Source: a virus
Lineage: Duplodnaviria > Caudoviricetes
Direction: 5' to 3' (one strand)
Length of the DNA: 54,653 nt
IMG/VR virus record: IMGVR_UViG_3300021368_000936
Coordinates: 1 to 54,653 of that record
A model generated the notes under the pieces. The model worked only from the letters and a program-made list of their open reading frames with translations. It made no database searches and was not told where the DNA came from. Of this stretch, positions 1 through 6,431 are shown piece after piece. The translations under genes were made by a program, and so were the position numbers. Within the stretch, counting starts at the first letter, position 1, and every line of letters starts with the position of its first letter.

Positions 1-132
1 AGAAAAAAATCTAAAGAAGCTAACTACTACGACGCCGAAAGCGAAGGCAAAGACTTCAAAGACAACTTCTACGCGCCAGAAGAGTACGGCACGTGGGACT
101 GTTACCACAAAGACAACACCGACGCGCCGTAG
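1..132 (+). CDS. 3' end of a hypothetical protein (partial; ...NYYDAESEGKDFKDNFYAPEEYGTWDCYHKDNTDAP*)
   Basis: Frame +1 is open from the window edge to TAG 130-132, with protein-like composition. Translated by hand. Confidence 0.5.
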   Translation, partial: RKKSKEANYYDAESEGKDFKDNFYAPEEYGTWDCYHKDNTDAP

Positions 133-160
133 TAAGAGTAAAGAAGCGGAGATTAAGGTC

Positions 161-334
161 ATGAACTCACGGAAACTTGAATTGTTTCCATGGGTAGGCA
201 CATTTCCATACTTCATGAAGGATGAAACAGAGAACAAAAAGTGTTGGTTTACCTGTGAAGAACATGCCACAAAGTACATCAGACGATACAACTGTAAGTA
301 CAAGCTTTACCACTACACTGGAGGAGGACGGTGA
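161..334 (+). CDS. Hypothetical cyanophage protein (MNSRKLELFPW...KKCWFTCEEHATKYIRRY...); the frame is also open upstream to the window edge with a K/T-rich stretch
   Basis: ATG 161 follows GGAG/AAGG; TGA 332-334. The CWFxCEEH motif is familiar from T4-like cyanophage small proteins. Not in the ORF track. Confidence 0.65.
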   Translation: MNSRKLELFPWVGTFPYFMKDETENKKCWFTCEEHATKYIRRYNCKYKLYHYTGGGR

Positions 335-614
335 TGATCTAATCCTCCCACTTCCTGAAGAGATTCTTAAGACACTATCGTGGAATGAGGGTGATATGTT
401 AAAATGGAGTGTAAATAAGGGGAGTATCACATTGGAGAAAGCAATGACAGATCCAGAGAAGTGGAATAGAGGACTAGACATCTTTATTGAGTCAGTAATC
501 GAACCTGATTCTAACCTTAGAGCACATGCTCATGAGCAAGAATGTTTCCATGAATTGATGTGGGTACGTGAGAATGTTCTGGCATATTTGAAAACTCTCA
601 GGTGGCGTGAATGA
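264..614 (+). CDS. AbrB/MazE (SpoVT-AbrB)-like DNA-binding domain in frame with a second small helical protein (internal start 444)
   Basis: FTTTLEEDGDDLILPLPEEILKTLSWNEGDMLKW fits the swapped-hairpin AbrB pattern. GGAG precedes the in-frame ATG at 444 (MTDPEKWNRG...). The start at 264 rather than 222 is a judgement. Confidence 0.6.
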   Translation: MPQSTSDDTTVSTSFTTTLEEDGDDLILPLPEEILKTLSWNEGDMLKWSVNKGSITLEKAMTDPEKWNRGLDIFIESVIEPDSNLRAHAHEQECFHELMWVRENVLAYLKTLRWRE

Positions 615-754
615 CACCAGAACCACAGAATCCTACCGTGCCACTAGTATTATCACTGGTGGCATGTTTTGTATTTGCCATTGGTATCATCATCGCTGGA
701 TACTTTCATGGTAACATGCACTTAATCACCACACTAAAGAATGCTCACTCATGA
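611..754 (+). CDS. 47-aa single-pass membrane protein
   Basis: ATGA overlaps at both ends. Hydrophobic run PLVLSLVACFVFAIGIIIAG is followed by YFHGNMHL. Confidence 0.75.
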   Translation: MTPEPQNPTVPLVLSLVACFVFAIGIIIAGYFHGNMHLITTLKNAHS

Positions 755-1245
755 AAGAATTTGATTATGACCTGGATTACAAACAACTTGACTTCAAAGA
801 TCCAGACACTCGTAGACTTTATCGTATTGGAAGGGGAGAGCAAGGAGTTCTATTGGTACGCCCTTATACAGACATTATTTGTGCTCATTGGCGATTTAGA
901 ACCCCTCACATAGCAATACAATCTGCTACACACATTTACTCAATGTTCTTACGTTATCTTGACCAAGAAGATTTCATTGGTATGGATATGTGTCGTAAGT
1001 TTCTTGAGATGGGGTTCACACGGTCTAGAAGGTATGCTAACCATCGTTCAGGTAGGAAGTATGCCACGAAACCGCCATACTACCATACAGGCGATCGTGG
1101 AGGGGTGCCAGTGTTACCACAAGAATTAGATTGTTTGACCAATGAGAAGGCACAATGTGCTAAGATCTTTAAAATCTATCGTGATCGTGCTGCCAAACAC
1201 CCAGAGTATGTTAGAATGAGAAAAACATGGAGATCCAATGAATAA
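751..1245 (+). CDS. DUF4385-family protein
   Basis: Motifs YRIGRGEQGVLLVRPY and GMDMCRKFLEMGFTRSRRYANH. Confidence 0.85.
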   Translation: MKEFDYDLDYKQLDFKDPDTRRLYRIGRGEQGVLLVRPYTDIICAHWRFRTPHIAIQSATHIYSMFLRYLDQEDFIGMDMCRKFLEMGFTRSRRYANHRSGRKYATKPPYYHTGDRGGVPVLPQELDCLTNEKAQCAKIFKIYRDRAAKHPEYVRMRKTWRSNE

Positions 1246-1411
1246 CCATTATGATCGTGATCACCCACATATCACACTAGATGAACAACTAGAGATTGAC
1301 ACTGAACTCACTCAGTTACACAATCGTTATGATAGACTAATCGAAAAAGTATACCTAATGGGGTATAAGAAAGGACTACTACATAATCAAAACACATCAG
1401 ACGAACAATGA
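1238..1411 (+). CDS. Hypothetical protein, 57 aa
   Basis: Hand-translated ORF overlapping both neighbours (MNNHYDRDHP...). Confidence 0.65.
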   Translation: MNNHYDRDHPHITLDEQLEIDTELTQLHNRYDRLIEKVYLMGYKKGLLHNQNTSDEQ

Positions 1412-1566
1412 ATCTAACTCTACAAGAGATTGATCATATCATCAAAGCACTTGAATCAATGTCATCTCATGATGTAGCAAGAGCAAGAGAACTCATCGCC
1501 CCAGGAGTAACAGATCATCGAGCACTAGTTAATAAACTACAAAACTACAAATATCGCTTACAATAA
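1408..1566 (+). CDS. Hypothetical protein, 52 aa
   Basis: ATGA overlap with the upstream ORF; MNLTLQEIDHIIKALE... Confidence 0.7.
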   Translation: MNLTLQEIDHIIKALESMSSHDVARARELIAPGVTDHRALVNKLQNYKYRLQ

Positions 1567-1568
1567 TC

Positions 1569-1748
1569 ATGTACGAAGAACTAAACTGTTTTGAAGAAGC
1601 ACTAAAACACTTCGGCACTAGAGTAGAGATCATTACTGCTATGGAAATGTCTCGCCGTATCACCCCTGAAGATGCTTACCAAATGATCAAGGATGAACTG
1701 AAAGAAGTAAAAAAGTGTCGTAAACTCTTCAAATCAGAAGAATGCTAA
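1569..1748 (+). CDS. Conserved small cyanophage/cyanobacterial helical protein, 59 aa
   Basis: MYEELNCFEEALKHFGTRVEIITAMEMSRRITPEDAYQMIK..., tightly packed in the operon. Confidence 0.75.
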   Translation: MYEELNCFEEALKHFGTRVEIITAMEMSRRITPEDAYQMIKDELKEVKKCRKLFKSEEC

Positions 1749-1828
1749 GCACACTATTCATTCTATTCTTCATCATACTACTAACAATCACAATGGAGAT
1801 GACATGGGGTGTCAAACGACCACGCTAA
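1742..1828 (+). CDS. 28-aa hydrophobic membrane peptide (MLSTLFILFFIILLTITMEMTWGVKRPR)
   Basis: Fills the gap between neighbours. One TM helix plus a basic tail. Confidence 0.55.
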   Translation: MLSTLFILFFIILLTITMEMTWGVKRPR

Positions 1829-2018
1829 ATGGACACATGGTGGACTAGAACCAACATCAGTTAACATACTACGATTAATATCAGAACTAGAAGGAGCATA
1901 CCAACTAACAAAGTATATGGCATTTGATGATGATAATGCTATACTAGATCAGATGAAGCAACGATACTACAAACTGTACTTCAAACTATCCAAGGAGGAG
2001 AAACAATGTTCACAGTAA
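1809..2018 (+). CDS. Hypothetical protein, 69 aa
   Basis: ORF track. GTG start preceded by GGAG; helical composition. Confidence 0.65.
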   Translation: MSNDHAKWTHGGLEPTSVNILRLISELEGAYQLTKYMAFDDDNAILDQMKQRYYKLYFKLSKEEKQCSQ

Positions 2019-2176
2019 TTACATACGATAATGAACATAAATGTACTCATTACCATGAGGTAGCAGATGCTATAGATTATGATGATGCTGAACAAGTAGT
2101 CAAAGATTCTCACCCTAATGAAAGACTACTCGGTATTACCTATTCTCCCCAGGGTAACTCACAAGCTACTACATAG
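2006..2176 (+). CDS. Hypothetical protein, 56 aa
   Basis: Strong RBS AGGAGGAG before ATG 2006; TAG 2174-2176. Confidence 0.75.
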   Translation: MFTVITYDNEHKCTHYHEVADAIDYDDAEQVVKDSHPNERLLGITYSPQGNSQATT

Positions 2177-2224
2177 GCACTCTCTAGTATACATCAGCAT
2201 TCCTTAACGTAATTATACTCCCCC

Positions 2225-2257
2225 TGTGGAAAAGGTTGTGGAAAAACCTGTGGAAAA
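2225..2257. repeat. Three direct repeats TGTGGAAAA (= TTTTCCACA, cyanobacterial DnaA-box type) at 12-bp period
   Basis: Exact copies at 2225-2233, 2237-2245 and 2249-2257 in an intergenic region. Confidence 0.8.
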
Positions 2258-2347
2258 CTAAATGTATTAAAAAACATAGGTAGTGTGCTTTAATGTGCTC
2301 TGGTGTTGTTGGCTTAGCGCCCCTGCTATGGAACGTCAAGTGCCTCA

Positions 2348-2406
2348 GTGACACCCCTCAAAGTGGCACACAGACCCCTCTCAGGGCATCCTAGTGGCTG
2401 TACAAT
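2348..2406 (+). promoter_or_regulatory. Two-box early-type promoter P1 (GTGACA...GTGGCAC; -10 TACAAT)
   Basis: Same architecture recurs seven times, with the second box 36-39 nt upstream of the -10. Confidence 0.7.
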
Positions 2407-2413
2407 GACTATG

Positions 2414-2507
2414 TTCTGAAAAACACGAAAAACTCAAAAAAATCAAAAAACCAGAAAGTTTAAATTCTTAAAAAGTGAGAATTTTGAGTTTTTTCGATTT
2501 TTCAGAA
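2414..2507 (+). ncRNA. Putative structured AT-rich leader RNA or small RNA (long hairpin)
   Basis: TTCTGAAAAACACGAAAAACTCAAAA (2414-2439) is nearly complementary to TTTTGAGTTTTTTCGATTTTTCAGAA (2482-2507). It starts at the predicted TSS of P1. Confidence 0.5.
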
Positions 2508-2536
2508 TTTAAAATAGTTAAACTTTAACAATTTCA

Positions 2537-2767
2537 ATGTTTTTCGAGAAATTTGAGTCTTCAGCAGTTAAATCTATTGAAGTAGAAGATAATGTTGTTA
2601 CTATTGTGTTTAATTCTTCAGATAAAGAATACAAATACAATATTATGAATGAAGAGTTTGTAAATACTCTTCAAGATAGTATTATGAATAACAAATCAAT
2701 TGGTAGTTTGATTAATAAATCAATCAAAGATAAATTGATTGTTGAACTAAATACCACTACTATTTGA
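2537..2767 (+). CDS. KTSC-domain-like nucleic-acid-binding protein
   Basis: Pattern SSAVKSI...VTIVFNS..KEYKY...SIGSLINKSI resembles KTSC domains. Confidence 0.6.
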   Translation: MFFEKFESSAVKSIEVEDNVVTIVFNSSDKEYKYNIMNEEFVNTLQDSIMNNKSIGSLINKSIKDKLIVELNTTTI

Positions 2768-2789
2768 TAGTAATAACTAACAACTAATA

Positions 2790-2945
2790 ATGGCAAAGAC
2801 TAATAGAACTTCCTCTCACAAACAACAGTTTGAAGATGAGTATGAAGATTTCGGGTACGATGTTAAGAACGCCCGAAGATATCAGTCCAAATCTAAACGT
2901 ACACCAAAGTTTAAAGATTACAATGACTTCGAGGACAGTAATTGA
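2790..2945 (+). CDS. Hypothetical charged protein, 51 aa (MAKTNRTSSHKQQFEDEYEDFGYD...)
   Basis: Hand-translated; ATG 2790, TGA 2943-2945. Confidence 0.7.
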   Translation: MAKTNRTSSHKQQFEDEYEDFGYDVKNARRYQSKSKRTPKFKDYNDFEDSN

Positions 2946-2988
2946 ACTGTCCACTACCACTTGATTTCTGATGTGGTTGATGTATTGT
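2933..2988 (+). promoter_or_regulatory. Early-type promoter P2 (perfect inverted repeat GGACAGT-N6-ACTGTCC; -35 TTGATT; -10 TATTGT)
   Basis: Inverted repeat at 2933-2952 upstream of sigma70-like hexamers, ahead of ATG 3013. Confidence 0.7.
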
Positions 2989-3012
2989 ATGTAAGTCAAA
3001 CAAATTCATCCA

Positions 3013-3261
3013 ATGAAAGAGAACATCATCGACAGAGAAAAACTCCAAGATGCACTCATTGAATCGATCATTGATGGTATGGATCACAAGACGATGTATG
3101 CCTACGTTTATGATAGTTTGAATGGCAACTTTGATGATTACACAATGAACGAACTTATTCAGGAGACTGAAGAGTATTACCCTGAATTGTTGGAAGATTG
3201 TAATGTAGTACAGGTGACCTACACTGACACCCCCATGGCAGAAGAAGTCTACGGCGGGTGA
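3013..3261 (+). CDS. Acidic hypothetical early protein, 82 aa
   Basis: ORF track; has its own promoter; D/E-rich helical sequence. Confidence 0.8.
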   Translation: MKENIIDREKLQDALIESIIDGMDHKTMYAYVYDSLNGNFDDYTMNELIQETEEYYPELLEDCNVVQVTYTDTPMAEEVYGG

Positions 3262-3315
3262 CAGTCGGACTAGTGGCACACAGGGGGTTGTAAGTGCCCC
3301 CTTCTCCTGTATTGT
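3258..3315 (+). promoter_or_regulatory. Early-type promoter P3 (GTGACAGT...AGTGGCAC; -35 TTGTAA; -10 TATTGT)
   Basis: Motif repeat with the conserved spacing. Confidence 0.7.
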
Positions 3316-3342
3316 ATAGAAGTCAACCAAACGACACCAAAC

Positions 3343-3666
3343 ATGCGTAAGATCGAACGACTGATGAATGCTGCTGTTCACAACAACAGCAACTGGAGCA
3401 ATTCCAACACCAGTGTTACTTTCTGCCCTGAATCTGAAGAGTCCAAAGTATACCTTCACGGCAACCACATTGCCACTGTGGGTGACAACTTCCTTCAAAT
3501 ATTTGATGGTGGATGGCAATCCAACACCACCAAATCTCGTCTGAATGCTCTCATTAATGAGTTCTGTAATGCCATGACCGATGGTGTACATCAGAAGGAT
3601 TTTGCTTGGTTCATTCGTGACAACAACGTCACACGTGAATTCGAGAATGGGTACATCTTCGCCTGA
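3343..3666 (+). CDS. Conserved phage hypothetical protein (MRKIE...LHGNHIA...GGWQSNTTKSRLNAL family)
   Basis: ORF track; recognisable motif widespread in phages. Confidence 0.85.
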   Translation: MRKIERLMNAAVHNNSNWSNSNTSVTFCPESEESKVYLHGNHIATVGDNFLQIFDGGWQSNTTKSRLNALINEFCNAMTDGVHQKDFAWFIRDNNVTREFENGYIFA

Positions 3667-3712
3667 TAGATGCACTACCACTTGCCAGCACTTCCTAATG
3701 GTGTAGAGTATC

Positions 3713-3738
3713 AACCCCGTCGAAAGATGGGGTTTTTT
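3713..3738 (+). terminator. Rho-independent terminator
   Basis: AACCCCGTC-GAAA-GATGGGGTT stem-loop followed by a T-tract. Confidence 0.85.
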
Positions 3739-3809
3739 ATTGTATACAACATCACAAAAATGTTGTACAATGCTGTTAAATAGCAACGACACTTTCAAGG
3801 GGGTTTCTA

Positions 3810-3941
3810 ATGACAGTTCAGGAAATGTACGATGAAATGATTGAACAGTCTTTGGAAGATTATTTTGTAGGGTATACAGAGACATCACAATATGATGATA
3901 GAGGTGAATACGTAGACATTGAATATACCACTGCTAATTAA
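3810..3941 (+). CDS. Very acidic 43-aa protein (MTVQEMYDEMIEQSLEDYFVGY...)
   Basis: RBS AAGGGGGT, upstream TACAAT, TAA 3939-3941. Not in the ORF track. Confidence 0.7.
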   Translation: MTVQEMYDEMIEQSLEDYFVGYTETSQYDDRGEYVDIEYTTAN

Positions 3942-3976
3942 CACAAACTGGTCAGCCGCGCCAACCACCTGACTAA

Positions 3977-4021
3977 GTGGCACAGCACCCCCAGCAAACC
4001 GTCCGACCCCGTGCTTATAAT
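3977..4021 (+). promoter_or_regulatory. Early-type promoter P4 (GTGGCAC; -10 TATAAT), leaderless
   Basis: TATAAT 4016-4021 ends 6 nt before ATG 4028. Confidence 0.7.
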
Positions 4022-4027
4022 AGGCAC

Positions 4028-4204
4028 ATGAGAAACAAACTGATCAACGACGACAACTTGCTTGAACTCCAAGGGTTCATGTTTGACACCATGGCATCTG
4101 CTGAAATGGCAGTCGATTGGTTTTGTGATCGCTTCGAATGTTCTGCCACTGATGAAGTGATCGACTTTGTAATTGATGCCCACTTTGCTTTCTTCGGTGA
4201 ATGA
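4028..4204 (+). CDS. Acidic hypothetical protein, 58 aa (MRNKLINDDNLLELQGFMFD...)
   Basis: Start moved from 3977 to the ATG at the predicted TSS. Confidence 0.75.
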   Translation: MRNKLINDDNLLELQGFMFDTMASAEMAVDWFCDRFECSATDEVIDFVIDAHFAFFGE

Positions 4205-4449
4205 ACAAAATGTCAACCAAAGGCAACTTTTCTTTCTACAAGGTAGAGATTGACCTCCACGAATCTCCCTGCCATCCTATTGTTTTCTTTAGGAAAGAAC
4301 GTAAGTGCAAAACATCTAAGGGGATGGATAGGCAACACAATCGAGTTGTGAATGAGACGGTTGATCAATGGCGTCCATACTCTCAAAGGATCAGGCGTTA
4401 CACCATCTCACGTGTGCCAGCAGATCAAGTGGACTATGTGGTGAACTGA
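4201..4449 (+). CDS. Basic hypothetical protein
   Basis: ORF track; ATGA overlap with the upstream gene. Confidence 0.75.
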   Translation: MNKMSTKGNFSFYKVEIDLHESPCHPIVFFRKERKCKTSKGMDRQHNRVVNETVDQWRPYSQRIRRYTISRVPADQVDYVVN

Positions 4450-4471
4450 TCGCCCTCCCATCCTCTATACT
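4414..4471 (+). promoter_or_regulatory. Early-type promoter P5 (GTGCCAG...AGTGGAC; -10 TATACT), leaderless
   Basis: TATACT 4466-4471 ends 6 nt before ATG 4478. Confidence 0.65.
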
Positions 4472-4477
4472 AAGGAC

Positions 4478-4675
4478 ATGACAAACAAAGCAATGAAACC
4501 ATCCGACTTCCCCATGGCACAGTCCCTCACCTTTGCTGACCTGACGGGTCGTGCTGGTCGCCCCATGGACTTCGATGGTGACTTCGATGATCACTTCACC
4601 GCTGAGGATTATGATCGCCGCCGTGCTCAGCGTGACGGTTGGGGAACTGACTCCTGGGACCGCTACTGCCGCTGA
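4478..4675 (+). CDS. Hypothetical protein, 65 aa, Asp/Arg-rich
   Basis: ORF track; has its own promoter. Confidence 0.75.
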   Translation: MTNKAMKPSDFPMAQSLTFADLTGRAGRPMDFDGDFDDHFTAEDYDRRRAQRDGWGTDSWDRYCR

Positions 4676-4689
4676 GCAGGGTCTACAAT
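4632..4689 (+). promoter_or_regulatory. Early-type promoter P6 (GTGACGGT...AACTGAC; -10 TACAAT)
   Basis: Same spacing as the other copies; followed by ACACACAAC as in P7. Confidence 0.6.
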
Positions 4690-4714
4690 ACACACAACAA
4701 ACAAACCAAACCAC

Positions 4715-4972
4715 ATGACCATCGCCACTGCTCCTGAGACCTTCAACGGTTGGGCAAACTACGAGACCTGGAACGTGTCCCTGTGGATCAACAACGATGA
4801 GGCGATGTACCGTCTCGCTCGAATCAAGGGGCACAGTGGATACGATCACCTGATCCCTGCCCTAGAGGTGAACTTCGGGCAGATGACCCCTGATGGTGTC
4901 CGTTGGATGGATGGACGGATCGACACCGACGAGATGGACGAGATGCTCGAAGAACTGTGTGACAACGGGTGA
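4715..4972 (+). CDS. Conserved phage hypothetical protein (NGWANYETWNVSLWINNDE family)
   Basis: ORF track; recognisable motif. Confidence 0.85.
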   Translation: MTIATAPETFNGWANYETWNVSLWINNDEAMYRLARIKGHSGYDHLIPALEVNFGQMTPDGVRWMDGRIDTDEMDEMLEELCDNG

Positions 4973-5017
4973 ACTGTACCCCATAGGGCAGGCAACCCCT
5001 GCCCTGGGCTCTACAAT
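4959..5017 (+). promoter_or_regulatory. Early-type promoter P7 (GTGACAAC...AACTGTAC; -10 TACAAT)
   Basis: Motif repeat; TCTACAATACACACAAC is identical to P6. Confidence 0.65.
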
Positions 5018-5038
5018 ACACACAACAGAGAAACACAG

Positions 5039-5245
5039 ATGCCCACCGCTTGCTTCGCCGTCCAACCTGCCTCATTCGCCAACTTCGATGAGTGGGGTTG
5101 TGATTGGGCAACCGATATCAACCATGCCTACCGTCTCGCTGCTACCTATGGAGAAGATGCAATCATTTGGCGCTGCCCCCACCAAGGCAACCCCATCCGC
5201 TGGGTTCGTGTTGAGCACCAAGGCGACAGCATCCAAGCGTGCTAA
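5039..5245 (+). CDS. Hypothetical protein, 68 aa
   Basis: ORF track; directly downstream of P7. Confidence 0.75.
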   Translation: MPTACFAVQPASFANFDEWGCDWATDINHAYRLAATYGEDAIIWRCPHQGNPIRWVRVEHQGDSIQAC

Positions 5246-5314
5246 GATTGCCAAGGCAGGCGCTCGCCTCCTGAATCGTTTCCTCCCACACCATAAGATC
5301 GTCGTCTTCACCAA

Positions 5315-5515
5315 ATGAACTTCGGAACAGCAACCAAAGCAGAACTCATGGCAGCAGGGTTCACCATGAAGACCATCCGCCCACGTCGCCCACGTAAGGG
5401 TGAACTCATCTGCCAGCGAGTCGGATTTAAAACCAAGCGAGGCAGTCAGCAATGGCGACAGCGTGAGCACATCAGCAGTCCATCTGCCTATGCCGTGGTG
5501 ATGGGCAACGGGTGA
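5315..5515 (+). CDS. Basic hypothetical protein, 66 aa
   Basis: ORF track; possible extended -10 TGCTAAGAT at 5240-5248. Confidence 0.65.
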   Translation: MNFGTATKAELMAAGFTMKTIRPRRPRKGELICQRVGFKTKRGSQQWRQREHISSPSAYAVVMGNG

Positions 5516-5527
5516 CAGTATAGCACA

Positions 5528-5560
5528 GGGGCGGGGGGACAGTTAATGCCCCCTTGCCCC
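5528..5560. other. GC-rich hairpin at the early/late boundary
   Basis: GGGGCGGGGGG...CCCCCTTGCCCC inverted repeat in an intergenic region. Confidence 0.6.
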
Positions 5561-5717
5561 CCTAGCGCCCCCGCGCCGAGCGATCCCAAAAAAGTACCTT
5601 CTTTCTAACCTACAAACGTTTCCAGACGAGCGATAAATATTAAGAGGGAAATCGAGAAATCAAAACAACTCGAAAATAAAAAATTTCCCAGGTATCAAAC
5701 GCCCTCAAAAGTCGATC

Positions 5718-5957
5718 ATGAAACACAAAGTAACTTACAGAACGCCTAACGGCGTATTGCAGGAAACCATGTTTGATCAATTTGATGAATTTTGTGACAA
5801 CATGGAGGACGTAGCAGCACAATATTACCAGGGACTGAAAGAACCTGGAGATGTCAACATTGAATCAGTATTAGACGATGGAACAACAAGAGGAGAGAAA
5901 GTTTCATTCGATGGAAGAACTGAATTCCTATCTGAGCAACATGAAGCTGATGTATAG
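5718..5957 (+). CDS. Hypothetical protein, 79 aa
   Basis: ORF track; downstream of TAAATA 5634-5639. Confidence 0.7.
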   Translation: MKHKVTYRTPNGVLQETMFDQFDEFCDNMEDVAAQYYQGLKEPGDVNIESVLDDGTTRGEKVSFDGRTEFLSEQHEADV

Positions 5958-6063
5958 ACCTCCTGGTGGGGACTATATGCTTCTGACAGACTATCTGAAC
6001 ACCATAGAAGAACGCTTAAGGAGGTTGGAAGGTGGCACAACTAGTAATACCGACAACGGTTGA
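5911..6063 (+). CDS. Hypothetical protein (MEELNSYLSNMKLMYRPP...)
   Basis: ORF track gives 5878..6063; the internal ATG 5911 reduces overlap. Confidence 0.6.
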   Translation: MEELNSYLSNMKLMYRPPGGDYMLLTDYLNTIEERLRRLEGGTTSNTDNG

Positions 6064-6397
6064 TACAACGTCAACAGACGGCAATTGTACGTATCCTGCT
6101 AAGCCTCTCGAAGGACAACCGATTGTCTCACCGAACATTACGATTGGTGGACAACAGGTAAAGTTCTATACTGCTTCGACACCTCCTGCCACTGTAGAGG
6201 GTGTGAAGGTAAATCCACTTATTCCAGCACCATGCCAACCAGGGGTGAGAGTTATTCAAGCAACAGTAAATACTACTGTGTTCTTTAATAATCAATTGCC
6301 AGCGGTAGCAGGGGACCAAGCATCAATGGCAGGTAGTCCTAGACCACTAGTTGGTCCATACGGTCCAGCAACAGTGTTAATTGGCAGTTCTGGATGA
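6032..6397 (+). CDS. PAAR-like baseplate spike-tip protein (gp5.4-like)
   Basis: TVFFNNQLPAVAGD resembles the PAAR consensus; C-terminal TVLIG; lies upstream of gp25. Confidence 0.6.
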   Translation: MAQLVIPTTVDTTSTDGNCTYPAKPLEGQPIVSPNITIGGQQVKFYTASTPPATVEGVKVNPLIPAPCQPGVRVIQATVNTTVFFNNQLPAVAGDQASMAGSPRPLVGPYGPATVLIGSSG

Positions 6398-6400
6398 TTA

Positions 6401-6409
6401 TGGTATAAT
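6401..6409 (+). promoter_or_regulatory. Extended -10 promoter TGGTATAAT
   Basis: TG-n-TATAAT 22 nt before ATG 6432, which has the RBS GAGG. Confidence 0.55.
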
Positions 6410-6431
6410 ATGAAAGTCAACTGAGGTTATT

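Noticed and set aside
2411-2419. ATG-TTC-TGA micro-ORF
   Set aside because: The ATG is only 4 nt after the -10, so it is probably upstream of or at the TSS; the bases belong to the hairpin arm.
3741-3770. NtcA box
   Set aside because: Does not match GTA-N8-TAC.
2911-3888. 325-aa minus-strand ORF
   Set aside because: It is in codon register with two + strand genes (a shadow frame), crosses promoters and a terminator, and has no recognisable motif.
2348-5017. Early two-box repeats as a CRISPR array or integron attC sites
   Set aside because: They are degenerate, irregularly spaced and fixed relative to -10 hexamers; no cas or integrase gene is present.
4893-5318. 141-aa + strand ORF overlapping two genes
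   Set aside because: It spans promoter P7 and overlaps better-supported ORFs.
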